From assembly GCF_004010195.1 (NCBI RefSeq), contig NC_057720.1:20290092-20354091 (forward strand): DNA of 64,000 nucleotides. Direction: 5' to 3'. The translations under genes were made by a program, and so were the position numbers. The notes under the pieces are model-generated. The model worked only from the letters and a program-made list of their open reading frames with translations. It was not told the DNA's origin and searched no databases. The stretch comes from Chiloscyllium plagiosum. Lineage: Eukaryota. Shown here piece by piece: positions 1 through 12,990 of the stretch; the first letter of the stretch is position 1; the number at the start of each line of letters is the position of its first letter.

Positions 1-270
1 CCAGATTCCCACCACCTGCTGAGTGAAAAAAATCCCTCTCAATCTTCTGCCCCCTTACCCAAAAACTATGCCCTCTTGTGATTGACCCCTCAACCAAGGG
101 AAACAGCTGCTCTCTATTCACCCTGTCCATGCTCCTCAATATCTTACACACCTCAATCATTTCCTCCCTCAGACCTCTTTGCTCTAAAGAAAACAATCCA
201 AATCTATTTAGTCTCTCCATGTAGCTCAGTTTCTTTTACCCAGGCAACATCCTGGTGAAATTCATTCTGC
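1..270 (-). mobile_element. CR1 LINE 3' fragment (degraded)
   Basis: Similar to the other CR1 3' ends in the window (GGCAACATCCTGGT, GAAAAAAATCCCTCTC segments). Confidence 0.75.
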
Positions 271-2131
271 CTGCCCACGCAGACTTAGGAAAATCTTTCC
301 AGTGTTTGTCTGCTATTCCACCATGACAGCATCACACCCTCACCTGAATACTGTCCCAACCTAAAGTTGACACAACCAGCAGGGGTAGTGACCAGGGAAA
401 AAGTGAATTAAAATGTGACCTCAAGCTGCTTTTAACCTTGTCATTGCTGAAATCTAATTGGTGGGGGTCTGTAAATTAATTCCCGGTGTTAATGTTGTTA
501 AACATGATTACCATGCAGGCTTGTCAGGAGCAACTTACCCTTCCTAGCTTAGTGAGGTTAGATATGTACAGTAGATAGTTGTGGCTTGATCATCCTATTA
601 CTGAGTTAACTTGGCACAACTTGGCATTGGGCCCTGAGGCTTTTCTAGGAATCAGAGCTCCACTGAATCCAATTATTAAGGCAGCACACACCCAGTTAGA
701 ATGGAGCTGGTCAGGACAAGAAGTTTTAACAGGCCTCACCTTCCTGTTCCACAGCTTCTGTCAGTAAATAGGATTACGTTTCTGGTCAAAAAGCAATTGA
801 ACTGCAGGTATTTTGTTTGCTTTATTGCACATTTTGTTTTATTAGCAAAGCGGGTTTACTCTGGAGTGAAGGTCTCCTGTTTGCAAAAAAACTATGTGGG
901 AATGATGCCTAGCCTGGAGGGTTCAGTTATGTAACACACATGTTACGGAGAATCTGACAACCCGCAGTGTCTGCTCTGTTTATCGACTGAGGGAAAATCA
1001 TAGCCTTCATTACCTCTGAAGATCCATCGTCTCACAATGTGTTCAGATGCAACCCAAATTTTTAGTGCATCTCATTCAAGTTGTATGAAGGATTATAATT
1101 AGAGATTTCCTCAATGGGTCCGGGAGCACAGTCCTGTTTGGAATGGAGTCATCCAGGCCACAACGGCCCTAAATTTGATCCTGATCCAGTGTAATCTTGG
1201 CTTGCCTTAGCTTCTGTAGTAGTCAAGTCAATAAAGATGACCACAGTGCTTCTGGATGAGGGGAGTGAGAAATGTTCCAGGATTCTGCTCCTGACTTTGT
1301 TCCAACAATCTCTTGCTGACATTCTGGAGACTAATGTGTGAATAAGCATTAATTAGATTACAAGTTTGCGGCTGTGCCACTAAAGATGTATATCAGCAAA
1401 TATTTCCACAGCTTTGGAAGGGAAGCAGAGATAATTGGCAAGAAAATTAAACCAGAGACACTTTTTGAGTTCCAGCATCCTTCACACTGATTCCTTGTTG
1501 AATTCCTCCTCCTTGTCTGACATTTTAGTACACATTCCCCACAAATCAGGAAAGAAATGGAGTTTAAAAATTTTAAAACCAATTGAAAAATAATACAGAA
1601 ATTTACTACTTTACATTGCCAGCATTTCTAAAAGTAATTTGATTCATGATGAAATCTGACTGCCCCCTATATGGTGAACTTTGTCTAAAAGCTTATGTAA
1701 TGCATACCTTTGATACCTCTGAAAAATCATTGTATTGGTAACTTCCTGCATTGAATATGTAGTTTAACAAAGTATCTTGGCAAGCTCTGCACTATCTTAT
1801 GGCTATTTGTAGTGGTTCTGGTCAGCTGCCAAAGCTTTTTGGGGATTAATCCCAAGTAATGCACAAAACAAATTATGTTTTGCTCTGTAATTATTAACAT
1901 TTAACTAAGATAAAAAATTATCTTCAGTTATAAGATAAAACCAGCAAATGGCATGATGGAAAAGGGTGAATATTTACAGGGAGTTCATCAGCATCTGAAG
2001 AGAAAAGAGACATAGCTAAGGATCCTGTTGAGATTCCTTTTAACAAAGATAGCCACTGGAAACCCTAACCTGATAGATTTGTTGTGTGTGTCTCGCAGCT
2101 CATGTTTAGAAATATCCTGCGAGTCTCAGTA

Positions 2132-2482
2132 CTTGGCTCGGTGTTACTAATCTCACCACTGAGTCAGAAAGTTGTGGGTTTGGGTTCCTCCCAGAGACAC
2201 AATCTGGGTTGTTAGCTGACTGGAATAATGAGTTCAGATGAGATGTTAGATCAAGGCTCTTCCTGATTAAGTGAGACTATTTGAAGAGCAAAGGTGTGCC
2301 TTGATCAATATTTATTATTAATACACATCTGATCCCTTCTGAAGTCATTGTTGTTTCTGGGAGTTTTGTTGTGTACTTATTATCTACTGCATTTCCTATT
2401 ATAATAAAGATTGTACATCAAAAGTAATTTATTGCCTGTAAAACAACATTAGATATACTGATGTCATAAAAGATATATATGT
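2132..2482 (+). mobile_element. Ancient Deu-domain SINE (SacSINE1/AmnSINE-like), degraded
   Basis: tRNA-like head (TTGGCTCGGTG...GTGGGTTTGGGTTCC) and a Deu-like core CATTGTTGTTTCTGGGAG...TGCATTTCCTATTATAAT...CAAAAGTAATTTATTGCCTGTAAA; family recognised from memory. Confidence 0.55.
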
Positions 2483-2529
2483 ATAATTTATCGTCTGTGA
2501 TTAATTTATCATGGCTAGCTTTTTATATT

Positions 2530-2719
2530 CGAGGAGAAAGTGAGGACTGGAGATCAGAGCTGAAAATGTGTTGCTGGAAAAGCGCAGCAGGTCAGGCAGC
2601 ATCCAAGGAGCAGGAGAATCGATGTTTCGGGAAGAAGGGCTCATGCCCGAAACGTCAATTCTCCTGCTCCTTGGATGCTGCCTGACCTGCTGCGCTTTTC
2701 CAGCAACACATTTTTAGCT
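2530..2719. mobile_element. Penelope-derived fold-back element
   Basis: ~73-bp inverted arms (2558-2630 / 2647-2719), partial hammerhead core GAAGA-AGGGCTCATGCCC-GAAACGTC, flanking direct repeat TAGCTTTTTATATT. Confidence 0.8.
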
Positions 2720-3401
2720 TTTTATATTAGTGTTATTTGGAATCTGATTCCAGGTCTGTGACATTACCAGGCTGGCCTGCTCCAAACATGGAGCTTTACT
2801 GACAGCAAAGCAGATAGATTGTGCCTGTGACCAGCAACTCAGGATCCTGGCCTGCTAGACTCTGGGGTGGTGTAGTGTAGGGAGTGCTGGTTGGTTTATT
2901 ACATACCAACTCCCTGGTTCTGACACTGGGCGTATGTAATAAGATGTGGTGTGATGAAAAACACAGGAGGCAGATGCTTCAGAGGCAAAGGAAACAGATT
3001 TTATTAAAACAAACAAAATTGAGAATATATATAATCCCTGACAAGAAAATGAATATTTAGAAAAAAAACAATGCTATGCATCAAGTGAAATGAAACTTGT
3101 CTGACAGCTACTAACACACCAGTTAACCCTTGCAGCCCTGACTTGGTGCAGTGGGTTTTGAATTACAGACAGCTGTTAATTACTGGGTGACAAGGGAAAG
3201 AGAGAGAGAGAGTAAACATGAATCCTGGTGTCCTATCCTGTTTCCCTTCCTTGGGAAGTGTCCTGCACCGTCAGCCCCAAAGCCCACTCTTCCTACCCTA
3301 TCTTACTGAACTGGGACAGAGGGTCTCGATGACCTGATACTCACCCTCAAAGTGGCTTCTGTTGCTCTGGACAGTGGTTCTTCAGTCTGACCTAATTAAT
3401 A

Positions 3402-3610
3402 AAAATCAAAACAACTGCGGGTGCTGTAAATCAGAGACAGAAGTAGAAATTGCTGGCAAAGCTGGCACCACCTGTGCAGAGAAATCCGAGTTAATGTTTC
3501 GGAACCCAGAGTTCTGAGGAAGGGTTACTCAACCTGAAACGTTAACTCTGATTTCTCTCCACAGATGCTGCCAGACCTGCTGAGCCTTTCCAGCAATTTC
3601 TGTTGTTGTT
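3402..3610. mobile_element. Penelope-derived fold-back element with hammerhead core
   Basis: Imperfect inverted arms, core CTGAGGA-AGGGTTACTCAACCT-GAAACGTTA, 16-bp TSD TCTGACCTAATTAATA (3386-3401 / 3611-3626). Confidence 0.8.
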
Positions 3611-4484
3611 TCTGACCTAATTAATATTATGTACAACTTCACCATAACCTCCCCGCTCTTGTATTCAATGCTTTGATTTAAAAGGCAAGTTCCTCATAAG
3701 CCTTCTTAACCACTTGACCTATGCACTCTGCTGCTTTCAAGGATCTATGGGACATTCTTACCAAAGTTCCTCTGTGCTCACCATTTGTTATGTACTGACT
3801 TGTCTTGTTAATCCATCCAAAGATCATATATCTTTGTGAGCTCATTTCAACTCCAATTTGCACCTCTTGTAGTTCATTCCTGCAAAACCCTTTCCCCGTC
3901 TTTGCTGAGAACATTCAGCCCTGTAATGAAAAGGACCTAACAGCTTTGAGGAGTAAGTTGCCACTGGTCACTTATGTACTTGATCAGGTAACTGCAGTTG
4001 GTTAATCCTGACAGTGCCAAGGACATTAAGTAACCTCTGCTTCTTTGCAAAAGGTCAGTAGAGTTAAAGTTCTCTTGTCATAAAGTTAGAAAACTCTAAT
4101 GTCAGTGGCTCTACATTAAAGAGATAACAAGGATTGGTACTAATATAAAATGTCTGTGAATGGATATTTACAAAATTCAAAAGGGCTGCACAATGTTATT
4201 CTGTGAGGAGAACTTAGTGGTGACTAATCATTCTTGTGTAAAGGTATACTTGCCAAGTGAGCAATTTAGTCAGTCTTAGTTATTAAGCTGCATGAGTTGA
4301 GAATGGTAAAGTTACTCATTCCTATGATTGTACAATGATCTCAGTCTGTCTTGAATGACGCATTAATTGTTCCAGCACTGTTTGTAATGACAAAAGGTCC
4401 AGTTAGACCATTGTGAGTCTTGTCACTTGATATGTCCTGTTGTGAGATGATTTAATTCCAAAGCCTGATATTCCTTTTGTTCTT

Positions 4485-5025
4485 TGACAGGGTGTGGGCA
4501 TCACTGGCAAGGCCAGCATTCATCTCCCAAGAACATTTACCCTCGACCAAGGTGGCCTGCTAGGCATTTTAAGGAGGCAGCAAAACGTCAACTACTTTGC
4601 TGTGGGTCTGGAATCACATATAACCCTGACCAGGTAAGAATGGCCAAAATTGTTTCCCAAAGGGATGTAGTAACCATACATGACAATCAGCAATACTTTG
4701 ATGGTCATTAGCTTTTAGTTCCAGATTTATTATTGAAAATAAAGTTCCATCAGCTGCAGTGGTGGGATTTGAATTTTTTTTCACTCTTAGGCTAAGGGCA
4801 TCACTGGTTGGGCCAGCATTTATTGCCAGTCTCTAATTGGCCTTGAGAAGGTGGTGAGCCACCTTCTTGAACTGCCACAGTCCACGTAACTCCTGGTTGA
4901 CCCACAATGGCTTTAGGGAGGCAATTTCAGGATTTTGACCCAGCAACGGTGAAGGAAATATACTTCCAAATTATGATGGCTAGTGGCTTAGACAGCAACT
5001 TGCAGTGGTGTTCCAATGCATCTGT
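4485..5025 (-). mobile_element. tRNA-derived SINE plus CR1-group LINE 3' fragment sharing the same tail
   Basis: Two copies of the GGGCATCACTGG..GGCCAGCATT tail; similar to 34960-35280 and 63622-63965. Confidence 0.6.
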
Positions 5026-5245
5026 TATTATAATTGAATAATAGATCCATGCTTTCAATGAATTCCACTTGTTAAATCCGGCTGTTGACTCAAAACTAAA
5101 TAAACAGGCAACACAGAGAAGCTATCAGAAGTGGAGCTGGATGGATAATGTGCTCATTACAAATCACAACATAAACTGTGTAAGTAAAGTGACTGCAGTC
5201 TTAGAAACTAGTGTTATCTGCATTTCTCTGCAGACAATAAAATAT

Positions 5246-5477
5246 TGTCTGTGTGCAGTTTGCACATTCTCTCCATGTCTGCGTGGGTTTCCTCTGGGTG
5301 CTCCACTTTCCTCCCACAATCCAAAGATGTGCAGGTTAGGTGAATTGTCCATGGTGTTAGGTACATTAGTCAGGGGTAAATGTAGGAGAACAGGTCTGGG
5401 TGGGTTGCTCTTCGGAGGGTCGGTGTGGATTTGTTGGGCGAAAGGGCTGGTTTCCATACTGTAGGGAATCTAATCTA
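5246..5477 (+). mobile_element. HE1-type SINE (5' truncated)
   Basis: GTTTGCACATTCTCTCCATGTCTGCGTGGGTTTCC core and CR1-like tail ending GGGAATCTAATCTA. Confidence 0.85.
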
Positions 5478-6635
5478 AAACAACCATCACTAGATGAACC
5501 ACAAATATGTTTTGAATAACTGGATTTGGATAAATCTGAACAAACCTCATAAAATACAATCATCACATATGACCGTACGTATTCTCAACACCAGCAGTGT
5601 TAACTAACGTGCAATAAGATGGTGGTGGAGGGGAGTTTCTGAGACTGGGGCTTGTCCACTCTACTTGCTTTTCTTTTCATTTCTTTTTTCTTCTCTCTTT
5701 CCTAGATGTCTTTTAACTTACCTCTTGTTGAAGAACTCAGTTGCAGTGATGGTATTGGTGTGGTGAGTAGGTCCAGCAGCGCGTGCTTGTTGCGGCAGGG
5801 TCAGAGGCAAGTTTGAGTTCCTGGTGGCTTCTACATCTGGTGCTGATTCATGGAGGTGATGGTGGTGGAAGCAAGGTCGGGCCCAGTATAAGACCTGGCA
5901 ATATTATGCAGCAGCTGCATTGGTGAGGTGGGCCTGAAGCAGCCTCATGGCGTCGATGGAGTTGGATTTTGGCTGCTGCAGTACTCGTTGGCAGCGGTAG
6001 TATCTGCATTGGCAAGGTCCGTCACTCATGGTGGTGAAGGCATCAGTGGAGGTGAGATGGGGCCAAAGAATGGCAACTTTTGTTCCAGGCGGGTGAAGGG
6101 GACTCATGCATAGCCACCAGGCCCATGATCCATGGTGGAGTACATAACAAGAAGGACTGTAAAGTTGAACACTCTTTCTTTGTTAGTTGATTTTTCTGCC
6201 TTTATATTCTATGATTTGATTTATTATTCTGTGTTTTAAGATGGCACCACTGAATGCCAATACTATTTGACACTTTTCACTGTATTTTGTAATAAGATAC
6301 ACATGACTACAAATAAATCAAATAACTCAATGATGGAGATTTGTAATTGTTTAAATTCTGTATTGATATGCAATCCACCAGCAGGTTGTTTAAATTGCAA
6401 ACCATATTTACACAAGCCTGAACAATATTTCTCAAGTTTCTCATGTATTTATGTAATCTTTGTCTAAGACATGCTTTATGTCATAACATTTGGTAAAAAT
6501 TCATTTGAATTTATTTGAAATGATCATTAATTTACTGGACACAGTGTGAGCCCTTTCTTAATAGCTTACTCCAACTTTATAACATGTTCTTGACCCCTGA
6601 CTCTGCTAATGCCAGCCTCTTGTGTAAGTCCCAAA

Positions 6636-9594
6636 TTTTTTTTATATTTCCAAAATATACCTTATTCATAAAAGAATTTTGATGATCTGTACAATTGGTC
6701 ATGCCATACATACGTAAACATTCCATTTCTTTGCATACAGATATCGAGTAATCATTCGTATATACAGGTCCATACATTTACTATCCATATATTTAGCTGA
6801 AGCATCAGCGGAGCCCACTTATGCGTGGGCCCCCTGTTCTTTGGCAGGCAGAAGTTACACGGTGGTCTTTCCCCACCACGCCTTGGCGGCAGCTGCCCCA
6901 AGCTTCAACGTGTCCCTCAACATGTAGTCCTGGACCTTGGAATGTGCCAGTCTGCAACATTCAGTCGGGGTCAGCTCCTTCAACTGGAAGATCAACAGGT
7001 TTCGGACAGACCAGAGAGCGTCCTTCACCGAGTTGGTGATCCTCCAGGCACAGGTGATATTCATCTCAGTGTGTGTTCCGGGGAACAGACCGTAGAGCAT
7101 GGAGTTCCGCATCACGGAGCTGCTCGGGACAAACCTTGACAAACACCACTGCATTCCTCTCCAGACTTCCTTTGCGTAGGTACATTCCAGAAGGAGGTGT
7201 GTGACAGTCTCGTCCCTTCCACAGCAGCTTCGAGGGCAGCGTGCGGTGCGGCAGAGAGTCCAGGCCTGCATAAGGGATCTCGCAGGCAGAGCCCTTCTCA
7301 CCACCAGCCAAGCCATGACTTGGTTTAGATTAGATTACTTACAGTGTGGAAACAGGCCCTTCGGCCCAACAAGTCCACACCGACCCGCCGAAGCGCAACC
7401 CACCCATACCCCTACATTTACCCCTTTACCTTACACTACGGGCAATTTAGCATGGCCAATTCACCTAACCTGCACATCTTTGGACTGTGGGAGGAAACCG
7501 GAGCACCCGGAGGAAACCCACGCAGACACGGGGAGAACGTGCAAACTCCACACAGTCAGTCGCCTGAGGCGGGAATTGAACCCGGGTCTCTGGCGCTGTG
7601 AGGCAGCAGTGCTAACCACTGTGCCACCGTGCCGCCCACTTGGTGCTTGTTGGAAAGTTCTGGCGATGAGGCATTCTGCCAAATAACTTTGACAGTCTGC
7701 TCAGGGAACCGCTCGATAGGATCCGCCCTTTCCTTTACCCGGAGGGTCTCAAGGACACTACGTGCTGACCAGTTCTTGATAGACTTGTGGAGAAAGGTGT
7801 TTTTCCTCATAAACTTCTCCACGAAGGACAGGTGATATGGAAACGGTCCAACTACTTGGAGCATTCCACGGCAGCGAGGCCAGGCCCATCCTTCGCAATA
7901 CCGGGGACAGGTAGAACCTCAGTACGTAGTGACACTTGGTGTTTACATACCGGAGATCCTTGCACAGCTTGATGCAGCCACACACAAAGGTGGCCATCAG
8001 GGTGAGGGTGGCATTTAGTGTGTTTTTTCCTCCGTTGCCCAGAGCTTTGTACATCAAGTCCCCGGCCATCTTTGATCTCCATACAAACGGAAGATGGCCC
8101 GGGTGACTGCGATGGCACAGGTTCTGGGAATAGGCCAAACCTGTGCCACATATAACAACACTGACAATGCCTCACACCTGATGAACAGGTTTTTACCCGC
8201 GATGGAGAGCGACCGTAGTTTCCATCCGCCCAATTTCTGCCTCACTTTCTTGATACGCTCTTTCCAAGACTTGTCGCACGCCCCAGCCCCCCGAACCAAA
8301 TACCCAGCACCTTCAGGTGGTCAGTCCTGACGGTGAAGGGGATGAAGGATTGGTCGGCCCAGTTCCCGAAGAGCATGGCCTCGCTCTTGCCTCGGTTGAC
8401 CTTGGCCCCTGAGGCCCGTTCGAACTGGTCACATATGTATAAGAGTCTGTGCACGGACAGCAGATCTGAGCAGAAAACGGCGACATCATCCATGTACAGG
8501 GAGGCCTTAACCTTCAGGCCCCCGCTGCCAGGAATAGTCACCCCTCCCAGGCTCGTATCCTTCCTGATGGACTCGGCAAATGGCTCTATGAGCATACAAA
8601 CAAGACAGGAGAAAGAGGACAGCCCTGCCTGACTCCAGATCTGACTGGGAAGCTATCTGATTCCCATTCGTTGATTGAGATTGCACTGACAATGTTGGTG
8701 TAGAGCAGTCTGATCCAATTGCAGCTTCCTTCCCCAAAGCCCATTTTGGAGAGAACATCTCTCATGTACGTTTGCGATATCCTGTCAAAGGCTTTCTCCT
8801 GGTCCAGGCTGATGAGGCAGGTGTCCAACCCCCTGTCCTGCACATAGGCCATCGTATCCCTGAGGAGTGCGAGACTCTCAGCGATCTTCCTGCCCAGTAC
8901 AGCATAGATTTGGTCAGGGTGGATCACCGATCCCAGAGCAGACCTGACCCTGTTGGCGATGACCTTTGCCAAGATTTTGTAATCTGCATTTCATAGTGAA
9001 ATTGGTCTCCAATTTCTGAGTTCCTCCCTCTTCCGCTTCCACTTGTAGATGAGGGTGATGATGCCTTTCCTCATGTCAGTATGCTACCTGTCAGAAGCAT
9101 ACTGACATACACCTCCAGCAGGTCCTGGCCAATCAAGTCCCACAGAGCAGAATAGAGCTCGACTGGTAAGCCGTCGCTTCTGGGAGTTTTATTCTTTTTG
9201 AAGGACTCGAGGGCCTTGGTCAGCTCATCCAGAGATAGCGGCTGGTCCAGCCTCTCCCATGTTCTGTCATCTAAGACCTCCGTGATAGAGGACAGGAACA
9301 ACTGGGAGGCTGCACTGTCGGTTGGCTTTGCGTCATACAGACTGGCATAGAAGGATTTGCTGATCCTCATGATGTCAGCCTGAGATGACGTTACCGAGCC
9401 ATCTTCTTCCTTCGGGCTGCTGAACACTGAGCTCTCTTTGTGCACTTTCTGGAAGAAGAAACGTGAGCACATCCCGTCCTGCTCCTTGGAGTGGACCCTG
9501 GACGGAAGATTATCTTGGAGGCCTCCGAGGCAAAGAGTGAGGCTCGCTGGCCCTTCACCTCCTAAAGGTCCTCTGTGACATCGATCCCCATCTG
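6636..9594 (-). mobile_element. Tx1-clade (L1 group) non-LTR retrotransposon, 5'-truncated, frameshifted ORF2
   Basis: RT motifs SLDQEKAFDR, GVRQGCPLSP and YMDD; C-terminal zinc knuckle CPRSCCGRDETVTHLLLEC; AATAAG plus A-tail at 6636-6643. Confidence 0.92.
7325..7637 (-). mobile_element. Full-length young HE1-type SINE inserted in Tx1 ORF2
   Basis: A/B boxes (TGGCACAGTGG, GGTTCAATTCC), CpG-rich, tail TAATCTAATCTAA, 7-bp TSD ACTTGGT (7318-7324 / 7638-7644). Confidence 0.93.
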
Positions 9595-9634
9595 TAATTA
9601 AATGGGCATTGGTGACCATTCCTTTAGCTGTGTT

Positions 9635-9815
9635 GGCTCTAAGCACTGGAAATCTCTCTCTATGTCTCTCCACTCTCCTTTCTCCTACATTAACCTTTAA
9701 AATCTATCTTTACAGCAAAACCTAATATATCCTTATAGCGTCTCAACATTGAATTGTGTCCCATAATGCTCATGCTTTGGGATGGTTTATCACTCGAAAA
9801 GGACTTAAGTTGTTA
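9635..9815 (+). mobile_element. L2-like LINE 3' end (degraded)
   Basis: CTGGAAATCTCTCTC...CTTTAAAATCTATCTTT...GCTTTGGGATGGTTTATCAC resembles L2 3' termini. Confidence 0.4.
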
Positions 9816-10637
9816 TTTTTGTTGTTGATGCAAAGTCCCTTGAATTGGTCAGTGTGCTTGACATGTGAAGTTCTGTTCTTGGATACTAACAGCAAGTCTG
9901 TATCTAAGGAAGTGTTTCAGACTTAACACGGTGTAACTGAAACACGCATAGAATGGAAATTAACAGAAAATTCAGATTAAGGCTACATTTACCAAAAGGC
10001 ATCTTTTCAGAATTGCTGATTTATCTTTCAATGAAAAAAAGTGATGAGGCTCCTCCTAAACTCTCTGAAAAAAAAATGTAAATTGGGCCATTCCATCTAT
10101 TAAGAAAAGCTCTCAATGACTTAAAAGTGCCACAATGTTTTGGCACGATATCAGTCATTTATTCATGAACTTAACAGTGTTCACTATACTCCAAAATGTA
10201 CTTCCTTTATTTCTTTATTTCCTTTATATCTTTATTTCTCTATGAAGTGTAGAAATAAGTGTAAAAAAATGGAAATATATTTCATACTTAACATCACTTA
10301 CATTTTTTCTATGCTCTGTATTAGCTTTAACAATAGGCCTTTAAACATAGAGAGTTTAGCTTGAATCTATTTTAAATTAAAGTGCTTCAAGTATTCCCTA
10401 TTGACTATTAGAGTTCTGTATGAAATGAGCTGGGTGTTTTCAACCTGGTCATGACAGGGCAATGCTATCTCTTCAGTATTGATTTATCTGCAGACTAGGT
10501 GGTATCTCCTGTGGATTTAAAATTATGTTGTACTTATGGCTTCATATTTCTCATGACAGCCATTCTTTTAAAATGAAAAAGTGGCTAGGTGCGTGGCAGA
10601 AAAAATAGAAATGTAAAATTCTCAAAAGTACAGCGCA

Positions 10638-10880
10638 GAATCACAGGGATATAGAGCACAGAAACAGATCCTGCGGTCCAACTCGTCCAACTGACCAGAT
10701 ATCCTAACCTAATCTAGTCCCATTTGCCAGCATTTGGCCCAGAGGCCTCTAACCCCTTCCTATTCATATACTCATTCAGTTGCCTTTTAAATGTTATAAT
10801 TGTACCAGCCTCCACCACTTCCTCTGGCAGCTCATTCCATACACATGCCACCCTCTGTGTGAAAAAGTTGCCCCTTATGT
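10638..10880 (-). mobile_element. CR1 (HER1-type) LINE 3' end
   Basis: Colinear with the 3' end of 28553-30578. Confidence 0.85.
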
Positions 10881-12130
10881 CTCAAAGCAGATCCAGGTAT
10901 TCTCCCTGATGTATGTGATATGTGCCAATTGAAATGATTTATGTGGTTACACAATATGTGTATGTAATCGATGCATCATACCACGCTTTGTAATCATAAT
11001 CCTAAGAAAGCACCAGTGCAGTCTTGCATTTTTATTGATTTGCAAACACCACCCAAGAATAGTGAGGTAAGACGGTGAATTCACTTTTCTTTTCCATTTG
11101 TTGTTACCATACGACATAAGATGTAAATACAGAAGTAGTCCATTTAGCCCATCAAGCTTGCTCTGCCATTCAACGTGATCATGGCTGGTCTGATCATTTT
11201 CAACTTAGAAACGTGCTGGAATGACATTTGATTTTTTTTTTGGAAAGGACTCTGAAACCTTGATTCAGAATTTTCAAAGAATGAAAAGCTATTTCAAGTT
11301 GAAGTAGAAAAGTGCATAAATTGGGACAAATGCATATGCGCTAGTAAACACAGATATCACAAGACTAGAAGGTACAGAAACAGGTAGAGGCCATTTGGCT
11401 CTTTCAGCCTTCTCAACTATTCAGTGGGATCACAGCTAATCCAGCATTCCTCCTATCCACTTTCATGCAAATTCCCCGTAACCTTTGATTATTATTCCCC
11501 TACTAATCAAGAATCCATTTGCAAGTCTCAAGCTGATTTATAAAGATTAAGAAAAAAAAATTATCCCAAAGGTTAATAGACTGTCTTCAAAAGGAAATAC
11601 TTAATTCAGGATAAGTTGGCATTTCTAATGAGGAAATTAATCCATATCAGTAAGGATTATAAGACCAGATGATATAGCAGCAGTCTATGGCGTCTACTCT
11701 GCCGTTCAACGGGATCATGGCTGATCTGATATTCCGCAACTCCACCTTCCTATGTTTTCCCCATAATCCTTGATTCCTTACTGATTAAAAATCTGTCTAT
11801 CTCAGTCTTGAATATTCTTAATGCCCCAGCCTCGATATCCCTCTGCAGTAAAGAATTCCCCATAAATTCAATTCCCTCTGTCTTCAATGCATGTCCCCTT
11901 ATTTTGAGATTAGATTCTCTGTCCTAGACCCTCCCACAAAGGGGAAACAACCTTTCCAAGTCTACCCTGCCAAGTCCTCTAAGAATCTTGCATTCTTCAA
12001 TAAGGTCATCATTCATTCCTCTATATTTCAGCAAGTAAAGATCCAATCTACTCAACGTCTGTCCATATGGTTGTCCCTCCAAAACCTGGATCAGGCGTGT
12101 GAATCTCCTGAAGGACTGTAGACTACTCCA

Positions 12131-12370
12131 TTCTGGATTAGTGGTGCTGGAAGAGCACAGCAATTCAGGCAGCATCCGAGGACAGGCAAAATCGACGTTT
12201 CGGGCAAAAGCCCTTCATCAGGAAAAAAGGATGAAGGTCTTTCCTGATGAAGGGCTTTTGCCCGAAACATCGATTTTGCCTGTCCTCGGATGCTGCCTGA
12301 ATTGCTGTGCTCTTCCAGCACCACTAATCCAGAATCTGGTTTCCAGCATCTGCAGTCATTGTTTTTACCT
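12131..12370. mobile_element. Penelope-derived fold-back element, hammerhead cores on both strands
   Basis: ~95-bp near-perfect inverted arms (12131-12225 / 12240-12334); 14-bp TSD TGTAGACTACTCCA (12117-12130 / 12371-12384). Confidence 0.92.
12194..12221 (-). ncRNA. Minimal type I hammerhead ribozyme core
   Basis: Minus strand reads CTGATGA-AGGGCTTTTGCCC-GAAACGTC, matching CUGANGA / stem II / GAAA..UH. Confidence 0.7.
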
Positions 12371-12990
12371 TGTAGACTACTCCAGTACATCTTTCCTTCG
12401 ATGAGAGGCCAAAACTGTACATAGTATTCCAAATGTCTGTACAATTTTAGCAACTTCCTTACTTGTATACTCTATTCCCTTTGAAGGAAAGACCAATATT
12501 CCATTTACCTTCCATGTTACCCATTGAATTTGAATATTAGCTTTTAGAATTCATGCATGAGGACTCCCAAATCCCTCCATTCTCCAGCTTTTTGCAGCCT
12601 TTCTCCACTTAAATAACATTCATCTCTTCAATATTTCCTGCCAAAATGCATAACCTCATATTTCTCCACATTACATCTGCCAAGTTTTTGCCTAATAACA
12701 TAAGCAGGAAAGTGGAGCATGAGAGGTAAAGAAGTATTAATATGTCTATTAATATTAATACCTCTCAAATATGAGTATGTGATTTTTTTAGGAGAATAAG
12801 GAAACAGAACCTGAGAATATATAAAAAAGCAGGATCAACAGGCAATATGAGAAGGAAGTCTATGACAGAATAATCCTACCTGGACTTGGGATGGAGCAGA
12901 ATTGATGGACAAAATGATATGCTCTCATCTAAATTGGCATTCTGTTAATTCTGGATTCCTGATTATTTTGCAATATGGGTAGAAATTAGC

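Larger units (their letters stand above)
11655..12690 (-). mobile_element. CR1 LINE 3' fragment interrupted by a fold-back element
   Basis: ORF remnants HLEYYVQFWP and RGMNDDLIEECKILRGLGRVD. Confidence 0.8.

Noticed and set aside
7560..7637. tRNA gene
   Set aside because: The A/B boxes belong to the SINE head; the same applies to the other SINE copies.
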